A DNA stretch of 55,649 nucleotides, filler included, from Sphacelaria rigidula (lineage: Eukaryota): NCBI GenBank assembly GCA_964200075.2. It is 6 parts of 6 records of this genome, joined end to end, with 100 filler letters (N's around TTAATTAATTAA, not from the genome) between each part and the next. Parts side by side here need not be neighbours in the genome. Positions count along the whole stretch, not along the records: positions 18,585 to 27,776 come from CAXNAA020009085.1; positions 27,877 to 37,067 come from CAXNAA020009086.1; 4 more parts are not named here. One strand, written 5' to 3'. The translations under genes and the position numbers were made by a program. Below, piece after piece: positions 24,571 to 37,167 of the stretch. The notes beneath the pieces were generated by a model. That model saw only the letters and a program-made list of their open reading frames with translations, was not told the origin of the DNA and ran no database searches. Position 1 is the first letter of the stretch. The number at the start of each line of letters is the position of its first letter.

Positions 24571-24877
24571 TTTCTCAGACATGTATATAATGTAACCACG
24601 GCTGGATCCCTGGGGGGTCAGTTGAAGTGCGACAATTAATCAAAACAATCGATCAACATAGGGTTAGGTCTGATAACTATGTTCAAGTTATTGATAAATC
24701 GGCAGGGGCTGAGGCCGACAGCGGGCTGAGGCTTGGTGCAAACGGCATCGTTACAAGGGGGTCGGCTTCGTACGAACCTCCTGATAGCCCTTCCCGGACT
24801 TAGTACACGAGTACACTGAAACATGACCGCCGATCGTTTGATTGTTGGTGACACAAAGACGGGAAACCCACTCTCAC

Positions 24878-25282
24878 GTTCATGACCAACGTAACCCCGG
24901 ACGACAACGTCGTCGGCACGACGCAGAAGACTGCGAGCCCGAACGCAAACTCCTGCTGATTAAACGGTATCTCCGCGGCAGCAAACCCAACGCACGATGT
25001 GATGAACAGGATCGTCACCACCCCGAACCCGAAGCCAACGATCCCCTCCTTACTTAGCGCCGTTTTGATGTCGTCGGTCTTGAGGGTCAGCCCAGAGATT
25101 ATGAAGATGATCACCACGTTGAGAGTCTGCACGACCCTGAAGTCTTCGACCTCGGGAATACTCACTTGTTCTCCCGGCCAGGGCCAGACCAGGGCAATCA
25201 CGAGTGCGAGTGCGAAGCCCAAGGGTAGGATGTTTTTGATGCAGTATTTCCGTATCCGCTCGGATCGCGACTCCCCAGGCAT
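24878..25282 (-). CDS. BASS4: BASS4/SBF-like cotransporter, exon 1
   Basis: ccaccATG start, 135 codons, donor AAC|gtgaga. Motifs LPLGF..A..WPWPG, IFIISGLTLKTDDI and EFAFGLAVFCVVPTTLSSGVTL; hydrophobic helices. Confidence 0.93.
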
Positions 25283-26094
25283 GGTGGAAATGGGCGTGGT
25301 CGGCTGCGGCCGCAATTAACTGTCACGGTAGTTGACCTGGCTGGTACTGGAGGCGATGGGGCCGGTGTGGTATCCAGCGCCAAGGCAGACAATCAGACTC
25401 TCCTGTTTCTCCAGATTTGGGTCACAAAGTAAGTCTGCCTCAGCTACCGCCTCGTTTCGAAATCCAATCTCACCCTCCGATAGAGCATCTACCACACCTC
25501 AACAACGTCAACAGCCCCCGTCGTCTGTGCTTTCTGTTCTTCGCCAGTCCAGTTGCGCCGCCGCTGTCTGCTGGCAGGGGACGCGTACGTGGCCAAGGCC
25601 TGACAATCTGCCCAACAGCCACGTGTGACGTTCCTACACGAGGGATCGACTTTGAACTGAACGTAGAGCCTCCCTTCTCTTCGTGAACCCCCCCGACAGG
25701 AGAGAGAAGAGCCGTGAAATGAAGCCACAAGCTCCGCCGTCGTAGCTCCGCCGTGTTGGTATGGTGTACAACCGGGTTGTTGAGGAACGCGCTGATGGGC
25801 TTTGTGCTGTTGGTCGGGATAGCCATTCTTTCAGACCCGCGGTCGGAAGAGATGAGATCCCCGGGCAACCCCTGAAACATATCACATATTCCGAGCATAT
25901 CCCCTGAGTATATCACTGCTGCGGTGGCGCATTATGATCGATGACCCCTTATGCTGAAAGGAATGCACTACCTTGATGAACGTGGCACTGGCAGGCGCGA
26001 CCCTGTGCAGAGGATAACGACAATAGAATGGCAAACGACTGGGGGTCACGCGTGAATCCCACGGGACTGTCAGCTAAGAGTTGAGAGTTGCATC

Positions 26095-26328
26095 ATGCGT
26101 CCTGGGGGAATATCGGCTGAAGGTGGCAGCGCTGCTGACTTTGCTGCGGTAAAAGCAATTGCATCCGTGATGTCCACGCGATCTGCAACATCCGAAGGTG
26201 GAGGAAGAATCAGTGGCAGCAGGGGTGGTGGAAGGAGCAAGAAAGGATTGAGGGATGTTGTTTTCACCCCGTTGTACGGTTGCGACGAGAATGGTCACGG
26301 GGTCGGGCCTGTGTGCTCTCTCCTCGAG
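26095..26328 (+). CDS. CPSF2: First exon of a CPSF100 (CPSF2)-like cleavage and polyadenylation factor subunit (partial)
   Basis: ATG to GAG|gtaaga, 78 codons. The end VVFTPLYGCDE..GPVCSLLE resembles the CPSF100 N-terminal strand (V.VTPL.G....PL.YL). The expected LLDCGW exon is not in this piece. Confidence 0.62.
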
Positions 26329-27776
26329 GTAAGACATCCAGTACTTGATGGCATGCAGAGCAGACTTCGGAAGACTTTGACGGTTTGTTGCTTCGCTAGT
26401 GACTCAAAACATGGGTGTTGACATTTGATTGCCGCTTCGATTCTGCTGCAGGAATATCCAAAGTTCGACTGGCTTCGGGTTCTCGACTTCGAGCCGACGA
26501 AATTTGAAAAGTCCCTCCGAGCGCAGGGCCTCGTTTCGATACAACAATACAATATTTCCGACAGTCCCGTGGGATACGTGATTCGTGCAGCCGTGTGCTG
26601 TAGCAAAAAAGATTTGAACAAGGTGCAGTACTGCCAGAAAAGTATTGCCTCCATAGGATGCAGGCGACAGTTTGCACACTGTAGTACATCGGTCTGCTGG
26701 ACGACAGATGTATGGTACCGTGGTGATTGCGGAGGGATATTATGAGTAATCGTGACCCTACAACCCTCTGGCAAGAGGCCATTTTCCCTGTGTTTGCTTG
26801 GGTGATGTGTTATGCGACGGAACGTGGACGGTGAACCACTTAGGCTCGCTTTTGGAGAATACAGAACATGACACCGCGCGGTATTCTCCGTCATCGCTCA
26901 AGCACTCGCATTCGAGCCCGTGGCTGCAACGATGAGCAAACGTGATGTCAAACACACCTGCTGAATATGATGAAATTTGCTCGATACCTCCGTCACGCCC
27001 GAATTTGTTGGATGGATATATACAAATAGCAACCGGATGGCCCATCTGGGTCTATCTCGGTTTCAGTGGACTTCCATCTCACCCATTTACCCCAGGTAAC
27101 ACCCCCTTCCGCAGAAATTTGGAGTCTCGCACTCCTCATCCACGGAATTTGGCGTCTTGAAAGTGACCGAACCGCCGTTTTTCGCGCACTTTTGTGGGGG
27201 TTCGTGAAGGTCTCTGAGTATTTGAGGGCCCGAAGCGTTAATTACAAGGCAACCTTTATCGAGAGCGATCTCAACCATGACAGGTCAGGTTAATCATTGG
27301 CGATGTCCTTTGTTTTAGATGTTAGTAGCAGATGCGAGGGGTCGCACTCGCGACGAAGCAAGGTGTGACAAAACAAGAGCCCGTGGGAATTGGAAACATG
27401 AGTTTGTTCATAGAGAGGCTACCCCACAACCTTGGCGTATGTGACCATACGGGTACCGACCCCTTAACCATTGCAGGATATGAGAAAAGCAAGTGTCCCT
27501 TCTACCTTGGAGTGATGGAGCAATCGCCCTCCCCGAAAAGGTGGCTGGTTTGAGGAGGCAAAATCCACACGCGAATCGAAAACGACAAAAGCCGAGCACA
27601 CCGAGCAGTTGGGAACTTCCACGCTCGGGACCATTTTATCGCCGATGTCGCCCATACAAGGCACTTCATGCCGCCTAAAACTAGGCACAACGCCCATACA
27701 TGGGGAAATATTTTTGTAGTGAAGTGTGAAAATCAACCAATCAGAGACCCTTCAGTGAGGAATCGGCGGAATCTAG

Positions 27777-27876
27777 NNNNNNNNNNNNNNNNNNNNNNNN
27801 NNNNNNNNNNNNNNNNNNNNTTAATTAATTAANNNNNNNNNNNNNNNNNNNNNNNNNNNNNNNNNNNNNNNNNNNN
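27777..27876. other. Artificial linker N44-TTAATTAATTAA-N44
   Basis: Identical 100-bp spacer. Confidence 0.98.
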
Positions 27877-28154
27877 CTAGATGAAACTTTCGGTCTTCGT
27901 CATAACCCTGCAATTACATACGCGGATTTTCAGCAACACTTCAGTGTTTCGTTTAGACGCCAGACACGTCATTCCTCACCAGCTTTATTGGTCGTTCTGG
28001 AGGCCCGTTCCCAAAAGGGTTAATTCGGGAAGATTTTCCAGTCTCCCAACGCTTGAGCATAATTGTGAATTTTCTAATTTTTCATACGAGTTGGCCCACC
28101 CAAGAAGCAACCGGGGATGTTAAAACGAATATTCTTCGCTCACTCTTGGGTCGT

Positions 28155-28735
28155 TTCGATGAAATTATGACATCATGTACAGGACGTACGTGCGAATATC
28201 AAACCTCCCTCCTTATGTATTTCTCTTTCTTTGTGAGTTATTGGGAATTTTGTTCCGAGAGAAGACGTTACGAAATGTTTTATCGCCAATAATTCACGTT
28301 TAAAAAAAATACGCAGGAGGAATGGTTTGGTTTTCGCACATGCGCCCTGTACATCGCGTCATATTTCATCGAAAACGATTCGAAATTGAGCGAAGAATAT
28401 GCGCCATTCCGTCGACAAACGGTCACCTTAGTATATGGAGGTGAATCAGTTACGAATATTTCAAACGCATTTATGCTGTTCAATTTCAAGCTGTTATCGA
28501 TGAAACTTCGACACCATGTACAGGACGTAGGTGCGAATACCGAACCTTTCCTCTTATGATCTTGTCTTCGTGAGTTATTGGCAACTTTGTCCCGAAAAAA
28601 ACTGTTATGAAATGTTCCGTCGCAAATGACTTACGAAGAGAAGATTAAAAACACACGGGAGGACCGAAGGGGTGTTCGAACATACGCCCTGTACATTACG
28701 TCAAAATGTCATAAAAAACGACGAAGTATTGAGCT
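28155..28735. repeat. Two tandem copies (~340-bp period) of a ~235-bp self-complementary unit
   Basis: tcgatgaaa.t..gaca.catgtacaggacgta.gtgcgaata occurs near 28157 and 28498; each unit ends in the inverted ccctgtacat..cgtca.a.t.tcat. Confidence 0.75.
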
Positions 28736-29045
28736 CGGGAATCGTGCTACAGCTTATGCAGCACCACGCGACACAAAACTGACTGCAACCGAAAATCCAA
28801 TCACAGCCGGGTTTTTTTGGCTAACTCCGCCGCACATAGTACCCTCAACTCTTTACACTTTTGCACTAGACTACAGTTTGGTATTTTGTGTGATAAGACC
28901 TTGTCGGATCGCAGTGCTACATGGATTTGAACACGCGCGCTGATTTGCCGATGATTACCATGTGTCAAGGTAGGCACAACTCGTGATACACCATCAGTTA
29001 GAACTGGCTGAAGGAAAGTGAGCTTCTTGGACGGCCCATCCTGTA

Positions 29046-29890
29046 CGAGCTGGGCCAGCCTCAAAACTGAAACTCGTTCCGAAGAACAAATATCAAGAAC
29101 CGCGGCGATATATCGCAACGTGAACATACTAACGAGGTCGTGAGATCGCAACGCGTGTGCTCCGACAGCTCCTACTACACTCGATGGTGTTTCCCCGGAG
29201 AAGGTCGTGTGCAGAAAATATACTAGGTCTAGTATAGGGCGGCACGATGACCTCATGGTCAGATCGACATTGAAATACGAGCTGGGCTAGCCAAGAGTAG
29301 GCGCGAACCTCGCTCAGGCGACGCACGGCGAGATATTAGGAGTTGAACTCTGAAAGTTCGACAGCAGCTTCTTTTGATCGAAATGTAGAAAATGACGAGA
29401 GCAGCAAAAAAATAATGAGAAATAACGAAGTTATGCGGATTCGAAATTTCAGAAAAAAACTAGATAATGCCAGAAGTCCGGGAAAAAACGGAGAATCCGC
29501 AGCTGGACTCGTGAAGTATCAGTTCCTCCAGTGCAGAAGGTCTTCCTGAAATTTCAGCTCAAGACTCGTAAAATTGGGTTTTGTGTTCGACATTTTCCGT
29601 GACGCTGCTGCACCCCACTAATACCCAGTGCGGGGTGATTGCTGACGTGAACCCGCCGCATTAAAAAAACGCACTCCGACACGCTATCGCTCGAAGATAT
29701 CAGACCCACCTCGTACTCTATGCAGTACAATAACTTCATCGGCGATACGACGCCAATAGAACAGCGACGCAGTCCTTTGTCACAGGTGGGTGAGCAGTTC
29801 CCAGTGATATGCTTACATGGGGTTCATTCGGAAAACTGGGGAAGCTATGGTGTGAGCAACTTCAAACAGCTTTTAAGCTGGCCCAGCTCG
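29046..29890. mobile_element. Tc1/mariner-like non-autonomous element(s) with TA flanks; a second left end lies at 29278
   Basis: TA|CGAGCTGGGCCAGCCT at 29046, TA|CGAGCTGGGCTAGCC at 29278, and AGCTGGCCCAGCTCG|TA at 29890. Confidence 0.72.
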
Positions 29891-30294
29891 TATCAGGGTG
29901 GAGAGGAAGTGGGTTGGGTTCCATTTCCGCCAGATGTACTTTTATTCTTTCGAAATGTATCATCTTTCACCATCGAAGAAGGTCAAGAGATATGGTTGGT
30001 TACGTCACACCACGATTCCTCCCGAGGAAGCAGAGGGCTTTAGGGTGTGGAGATTTTTTCATTACCCGACAGAGGGACAGTGAAAAGGACTCGTGTGCCG
30101 ATGATGTACGATGTCACGTACGGCACCTGCCCAAATATTCGCCATGTGTAATAAAGTCGACGCAACAATGAAATCTTTTGACGAATGCGCAGCGTGAGGC
30201 TCACCACCGGGTTCGCGCTGTCCGTATGCACGAGTCCCACACTCCCAACATGTGCGTTTTACTTTTTGTTTCACGGTTAGGACGAATCATCACA

Positions 30295-30532
30295 ACTGCG
30301 AATCACCAAAATTACGATTTCTTCGGCCTGAGTGCCCACAAGGGAGAAAAAAGTTGACCGCTGATCCGAGGGGTTTCCACGCAACTTTTGCGCCATTCCT
30401 CACGTGTCTGGGCTGCGTATACCTGGGTTGCAACGCTGAAAACACAGTCTAGGGATTGATTCGTACGATTCGAATCCAATATACTGAAAACCAAGTGAAT
30501 TCCGGACGAGTCATTGATTTGTCCGACCCTTG
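30295..30532 (-). mobile_element. CAAGGGTC-terminus dispersed repeat copy
   Basis: Aligns to 1-80 (forward) and to 1379-1645 and 2811-3075 (reverse). Confidence 0.7.
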
Positions 30533-33094
30533 TTCTGTTTCACGTGTAGAACTCCCTTGGCTGCCACGCCTCCTTCCGGAATGATATCATTCTGGAATCC
30601 TCGTCGCCTTATCGAAGCTGTCGGAGGACATGAAACAATCCCCCGCACCATTCTCTGCAGTGCACCATTTCTGCTCGCCGGGTTGCAACACCAGAACGGT
30701 TGCGCAATAATTTTGTTCCGAAAGGAGGTGTGGCAAACCGAGGGAGTGCTAGGTGTAGTGCAGGACGTACAACCCACCTGGTGGGAATGTGAGACCCGTG
30801 CATGTGGATACTGTACTACCCACCGAGGGAATAACCTCATGCCAAGCTAACGTTGAGACATTTCATCGTCTCACCGAAGCAAAATTTCCGACCCTTTCTT
30901 CCTGCCGAATGCTTGGGCACGTGTTGTACTCGACCCAGTACATTATCAGCATCAGAATTTTTTTTTCCAACACTTTATCGGAACAAGATTTCTTCTCTTC
31001 CCCGTCACACTCTACACCACTGTCCTTTCCTCAAGACGGGTCCATGGTTTCAAGGGAGCAATGCATCCATCATGACGTCCTTACGCTTCCGAGGGTGAAA
31101 AAAAGATATTCCGAAGAAGAAAAAGGCATCTCATGCGTATCGAACCCATGTTTCCTTCAACCTGACGGTGACAATGTGATCATCAGACCACCGGAGTTTT
31201 TTTTTCCCTCGGTTGAAACTGAGACATCGATGCACAACTCGATTGCTCGAAATTCGGAGTGAAACCTCTGGCATCAGAGAAACAGCACTCAGACGCACCT
31301 TGTCATTGAAAATCTTTCTTCCTCTCGCGAACTCCAAGGAACTTGAACTCTCTCAAAGTTAGGGTGAAGGAGAAAAAAGACTAGCGGCTGTAGCAGGATA
31401 GGCTTCAGTGCTGTTTTTCCTCGTGTCAGAATTTCACCCCGAAATTCGAAATATTGAACCCAGCTAGTAGCCCGCACCGATCAGAAAACGGTTTTTGGAA
31501 AATGGGTTTGGAACCCCGTCGCACGTCAACACAACACGCATGCTGGCTTAGCTACCATCACTACTGCCGCTGATACTGCAGCTCGCGGGCAGTCAGCATA
31601 CTACCTTTTCGTCTTCGCCCGCCAGAACCGTCGTGACAGTGAGCTCTCGGTGTCTTCATGAACATCACTACTCAAGTACAACTGATGCTGTACGGCGGTA
31701 AACCTGCTGCCGGTACAGCGGTAGATATGATCCCTGAACAGCACCAGCCTTGACGTAATCGGAGTAGTCCAGCGGTGGGGCAACATTATCGAGATTCTTG
31801 GTGCGCGTGCCGTGCTGCTATGCTGTCAGAGCCACAGCGCGTAACGATCCTTGGGCTCAATTTACGGTTCGTTCTCTGTGCGCTGTCTCTCTTGCGCGCT
31901 CTGAAATTGTAAAATTAAACCCACATCCCTCTCAGAAAACGATGGAAACTGCCCTAGGGATGTTGCCTCTGGACCAACGCGCGAACGAGTGCTTGAAAAA
32001 AATCATATATATATTTTTTTCATCAAAGAATGGCTTTCTTCATCATGTTTTTTTCCAACGCATGAGAAGTAGGTAGGTAGGTTCATACGACTGTTTATTG
32101 CGTTTGTTTTTCTCCGTTGGATTCATCACTTTTGGGACATTTGACCCAGTTCTTGTCCTTCGAAGAGAAAGTATCGCAGTCACATGTCTCATCATCATCG
32201 ATTGACTGTTTGACATTAACTGGGCCCCCAAGATCGGCGTACGTATGTGAACAAAACAAAAAAACACTCGTCATTTGAAGGAAACTCGGCGAGGGAGAAC
32301 GGCAGAAAATGCCACACAGAACGGAAGGGGTAAGGTGAAGGTAACGAAACGAGAAACAGAGACGTGTTGAGCCAAGCCTATTCGCTTCGATTTGTGCCGA
32401 GGTGGTCATTCTCCAACATAGTAACCGTGCGGACATCAAGCACACACACATCGATGTTTGCTCCGGGTCACCGCGAACAGCATACTATTCCACCTACGGA
32501 TGTATCCCACATCCAACGGGCCTTCATAGTACCATGCAGTAGCCCCCCCTCCCCGCCGTCTTCTTGGGCTGTGCAGATTCGCCCGCATATTCGTCATTAT
32601 CCGAGGTTTGATGAGGGATCGATATTCTACGCGCATGTGCGCAGTCATGATAAGCAGGGATCAACTGTTGCTGATAATAGCTCTTCGCCTTTTGTTCCGA
32701 GTCATTCGACACCCAACAGTATCAGAGAATGTCTCTGATCACTGGGGATGCGAGTTCCTTGAAAAATGAGGGGCGAGTTGAAAGGATCAAGCACCAACCA
32801 TCTTCTCTTCCCTTTCCAGCCATGTGTAAAAAATGACGTCAATCGTTGGGTGTCAACCACGGGAAAAGTTGTCGAGGGTTCCAGCGCTTCTTGGTAGGGC
32901 CAGCTGGTACGACGCGGTGACACCAACGAAGGGGCAAGCTTCCACCGCATTAAGCAAAGCGCGACGCATTACCATCACATAAAAAGTGGACAAGTGAGGA
33001 TATCGTTGTGCTACCTAGACCGGCTGCGAAGTTCCCGTCCCCCATGGCGACAACATACCGATGACGTCTGTTGCATCGAGATATATGCACTAAC

Positions 33095-33242
33095 CGGGCG
33101 AGTCGGGAAGGCCCAGGGTTGCCACACCGGAGCCAGCCTGCACGAGGAATCCATCCGCGTGGCCGTGGTAGCAGCCGTCGAATTTGATTATTTTCTCTCG
33201 TCCAGTGTAAGCTCGTACGAGACGCAGCATGCCCATGCAGGC
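33095..33242 (-). CDS. hemL: Glutamate-1-semialdehyde 2,1-aminomutase (GSA-AT), exon 5; later exons not found in this piece
   Basis: ggcag|GCC ... CCC G|gttagt; [49 protein letters not shown] is the GSA-AT signature region. Confidence 0.97.
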
Positions 33243-33445
33243 CTGCCAGTAGGATGAGGCCATGAAAAGAACGCGGCGATAAATGGGTGAAATTGACAAT
33301 GTCGAAAGACTAGAAAGTGAATGCCCCACATGAATTGCTGTGACGTGTACCTGAAGCTGGCATGGATAGCGTCATTTTGAAGCTACGAACCGCCACATGA
33401 GGTTGAAGCTGGATACGTTCGAGTTGACACCAGGCCAGTTATCGC

Positions 33446-33503
33446 GGGGAGGGGGGCGTACACGTTAGGTCATTGAACACGCATCCCTCTCGAGACGGAG
33501 CAC
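33446..33503 (-). repeat. Short poly-C-flanked dispersed repeat (family of 46459 and 49243)
   Basis: Reverse complement reads tgctccgtctcgagagggatgcgtgttcaatg...gtacgcccccc. Confidence 0.7.
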
Positions 33504-34261
33504 ACAGGGGCGACAATCAACTAAAAAAAGTGTCGAATATTTCGGCTCTTTTTTCTTGGCGAAAAAAATACACCGCTGTCCCATTATGCATGCCATGTTC
33601 AGAGACGGGGTGCAAGTTATTTCTTCCAAAGGTAAAGTTGTGTTGCTCGAAGAATGACGGCGCTGCAATGCAGCAAAACGCTTGCCGGTGGGGAAGAACT
33701 CGATACCTCTTCATCAGGGCTAGCGCTACGGGAAAGGGCCACTTGAAGCAGCAAATACCTGTGAAGGCTCGCCACACTTCAGTCGTGTATCGAATGATGG
33801 ATCACAGCAACGGATGGCATGTGAAACGGTGAAAATACGTACGGAGAAGAACTCGTAAAGTGGCGGTTCGAGTCGCACGTTGTGCCCGTTAAGCTCAACG
33901 ACACGCACAAGAGAGTTCCAGCGTATGCTCGTATATAGTTCCGAACCCAGTTTCTACTGAATTACACACACCATACACTTGTTTTAGGTACGGTGGTGGA
34001 TCGATCACGCAAGGGCTTGTGGAGCATGATTCATGGTCATCGACAAAGGTGCTTGCAGATAGCGGCGTCGAGGATCAACCAGCGATCTTGTTTCGATGAG
34101 AGGCCTAGTGCCTGAAGGGGTGAAACAGGAAAGGCAGAAGATAGCCGAACTCGGAGCCAGCATTGAGAAGGAATATTTCCTTCCCTCTAAGAGTGGCGTT
34201 CACAGCACCGACTACAGTACACATGTGCCGCACAGGCTCTGGAATGCTGATGCTGACTCGC

Positions 34262-34384
34262 CTCAGTCCCCGAGTTGGTGAAGCGGACCATTTCGACGGA
34301 CGGCACGGCTTCGATGACCATTTTGGCCAGGGTGTTCTCGTGGAGCGAAGGAGCGCCGAACGACGTCCCCTTCTCCAAAGTCGC
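34262..34384 (-). CDS. hemL: GSA-AT exon 4, followed by a GC-AG intron
   Basis: gtacag|[44 protein letters not shown]; donor GAG|gcgagt. Confidence 0.96.
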
Positions 34385-34683
34385 CTGTACGTGTGGAACC
34401 GTTCGTGAAGTGGGGGTCACAGGCAACGAACAGACGGCCCTGGGTGACGGACACCTCGTTGTTCTTCAACAAACGCTGTTCGAGCCAGCTGTGTTGCTTA
34501 GATTTTCTTCAGATACCCCTCACATGACATGGGACCCTGACTTTGAGACGCCATCGATCATGGACATGTACGGTACGGCTGTGCTTTGCCCAAGGACGGC
34601 AGCACAACAGCGAATTATATCGTGATTAGGACACCTTTTCCCGCTCTTTTCCCGCGTATTTTTGCTGAATATTTCATCTTCAC

Positions 34684-34765
34684 CTTGATCGCGTCCAGCA
34701 CCTCGTCGTCAGCGTGCCCGACAATGGCAGGTCCCCACGTCCCCACGTAGTCCGTGTACTTGTTT
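34684..34765 (-). CDS. hemL: GSA-AT exon 3
   Basis: gacag|A AAC ... AAG|gtgaag; (G)NKYTDYVGTWGPAIVGHADDEVLDAIK; phases agree with exons 2 and 4. Confidence 0.96.
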
Positions 34766-35717
34766 CTGTCGACAGAAAAAAAACACGCAGATGGAGGCGT
34801 GATCTCTAGTGTGGCGATTGCTCCCTCACGTACAGGCGCGTTGACTAGAGTGGGGGAGATACACAGGAGGCTCGACCCTGGCGGCCAAATGGTTCACAGT
34901 AGGGCATGAAGCTTGGCCGTTCCTTGGGGGCAGCATCACAATTTATCTTCCGGGTGTTTCTACAGAATTTCCCCAATTCAGTGACTGCTTCCATTCTCCC
35001 CAAAAGTACCCAGACGAATGTTCTTTGGCACTTTGAACGAAGATTTTGCACCCCTTCACCGAGGAAGGGACCAAGTGCTCTGAGGGGTCTAGAGTATGCG
35101 ACGGGAAAAAAAAATCGCTGTTCATTGTTCCTCGGTCGCCAGCGGACTTTTAGAGACGGTACGACCGGAACACATATGTCACATAAAATTGATATTTTCA
35201 GAAGCAGTTCGGGCTGTTTTTGATTTCCCGATTGAGATTATATCCTGACTACTGCGCAATATTAGAGTTTGTCACCGGTAACCGGAATTGTAAAATATCC
35301 GGTCCATCAGCTCATTTTTTGACCGATTTCTTAAATATCCGGTGACCGGGTCAGATCACGTGCTCGTCCGAAATTGACTTTGAACCAACAAACGAATATC
35401 TGTTCCACCGACTCCCGAACCGTTTTGCCCAAGGTGATGTCGCAACGCATACCCTGCAAACGGGCCACTTCTGAGCTGAAGGTCATCAAAATGCACCAGT
35501 CTTGATCGTACTTTCATCATGATGGCGTAATGGAAACTCGAAAGGGATCTATCTGTAGCGGTACTTGTACTCAAACCATAGCCTGTGCTTGTACCACTAC
35601 TGTACAGTCTCTACTTTCACAGAGACGATCACAAAAAACATCAGCCCAGGCCAAGAGCGTTCGGAACCGAGTTCACAGTACTGGATCACTGGGCAAAAGC
35701 AAATTCTCTGGTCTCAC

Positions 35718-35827
35718 CCGTCAACATCCCACGCGTACGCTCCCTTGACCTTGTCGAACACGATTGGGTTTCCGCCCACAGATTTGAATGCGCGCACAGG
35801 AGAGCTCACACCCCCAGGCATGAGGCC
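35718..35827 (-). CDS. hemL: GSA-AT exon 2
   Basis: gagcag|GGC ... GAC GG|gtgaga; [37 protein letters not shown]. Confidence 0.97.
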
Positions 35828-36509
35828 CTGCTCGCATTTCAGAGACAACCGGGTATGGTCAGAAAGGTTGCCGGGTTACTTGCGAGCTCTGGCTGGGATC
35901 ACGCGCGACAAGCACCAACTTTCGTGATGGGCTTGCATGTGCGACGAAGCATCCAGTCACCGCTTCACGTAAGAGTTTGCGAGTGGTTCAATCCATGCGA
36001 GACAACGGACAGGGTCATGACTCATGTAATGAATGTGCCGCCTACATCGTACTGTAGGATACTTACTTCGGTCACCGTTCATGTTTCATGCCTGCCTCTC
36101 CTCCGCTGACCGGGTGGGCCGATTTGCATGAACATGTTGATAGTTCATGTAACATGATAGGCCAAGAACAGCGATTAAGCGCAGGGCCAAACGCACGTTC
36201 TGAGAGCAGCTGGACCGTAGGTCACACCCCTTTTACTTGCACCGTAGCGGTAGTTGGTATCACATCAGTATCAAGACACAACGGCGGGTCACGCAACGCA
36301 TGAATCACCTCGAACCGTCGCTGCTTCTTGGTAAAGCCAGTATACCTCCAGCGAACATGTCAACACGTGGAACGTTCCATAGCCCATGAGTACAAATTCA
36401 TGTCTGCGGTTGAAAGCTCGGTTGCAGCACACACATGCAAAAACATCTGCAGCCTTTGCAGGGCAGGCTATGCCTGTCATCCCATTTCATCCAGCGTTTG
36501 TGATAATAC

Positions 36510-36710
36510 CTTAGCTTCCGAAAACGTTTCCTCTGACTTGGTGGTGGTAAATGTCGGGACGGCCGCGGCGACCATGCTTGGTACAGTTGACGACCTCACG
36601 GCATGGTTCGACACCTTGAGAGCAGGGGCTACAAATGCACTGGCGGGCTCGCTGGCGAGGCATGCCAAGGCCATGCCCATTGCCAACGCTTGCCGTCCGG
36701 TTACGTCCAT
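36510..36710 (-). CDS. hemL: GSA-AT exon 1 with bipartite plastid-targeting presequence
   Basis: MDVTGRQALAMGMALACLASEPASA-FVAP..TTTKSEETFSEAK, 67 codons, donor AAG|gtatta; joins exon 2 to give the conserved [19 protein letters not shown]. Confidence 0.93.
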
Positions 36711-37067
36711 GATATTTCCTTTTCTCTGTCAGCAACCCTTTCACTGTGACCGTGATGTCGGGCGTCGCGTCCTGATGTCGGGCGTCGCTTCCTGTCCTGG
36801 TGGTGGGTGAACCGTGTGAGGAGCAGGATTTCGATTTCAAACGGATTCTTGACGGATTATGACTGGATTACGCGTATCATACGCGTAAGTGGCGTATGGA
36901 TAGGGCAGATTTGACATATTCGGAACAACAAATCCGACGATAGACATTATGGTCCGAGATCCGTGGGGGGGGGGGGGGGGCAGCGGGGAGGGCGGCTGGC
37001 ACCCCTCAAACGGCCAATCGTCCCGGCGCAGCGGCTTCACAAAAACCAAAATCAAGAAAAACGTGCG

Positions 37068-37167
37068 NNNNNNNNNNNNNNNNNNNNNNNNNNNNNNNNN
37101 NNNNNNNNNNNTTAATTAATTAANNNNNNNNNNNNNNNNNNNNNNNNNNNNNNNNNNNNNNNNNNNN
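37068..37167. other. Artificial linker N44-TTAATTAATTAA-N44
   Basis: Identical 100-bp spacer. Confidence 0.98.

Noticed and set aside
32095..32250. Protein-like minus-strand segment DLGGPVNVKQSIDDDETCDCD as GSA-AT exon 6
   Set aside because: No similarity to the expected GVP..T....YND region and no AG acceptor after the T-rich tract.
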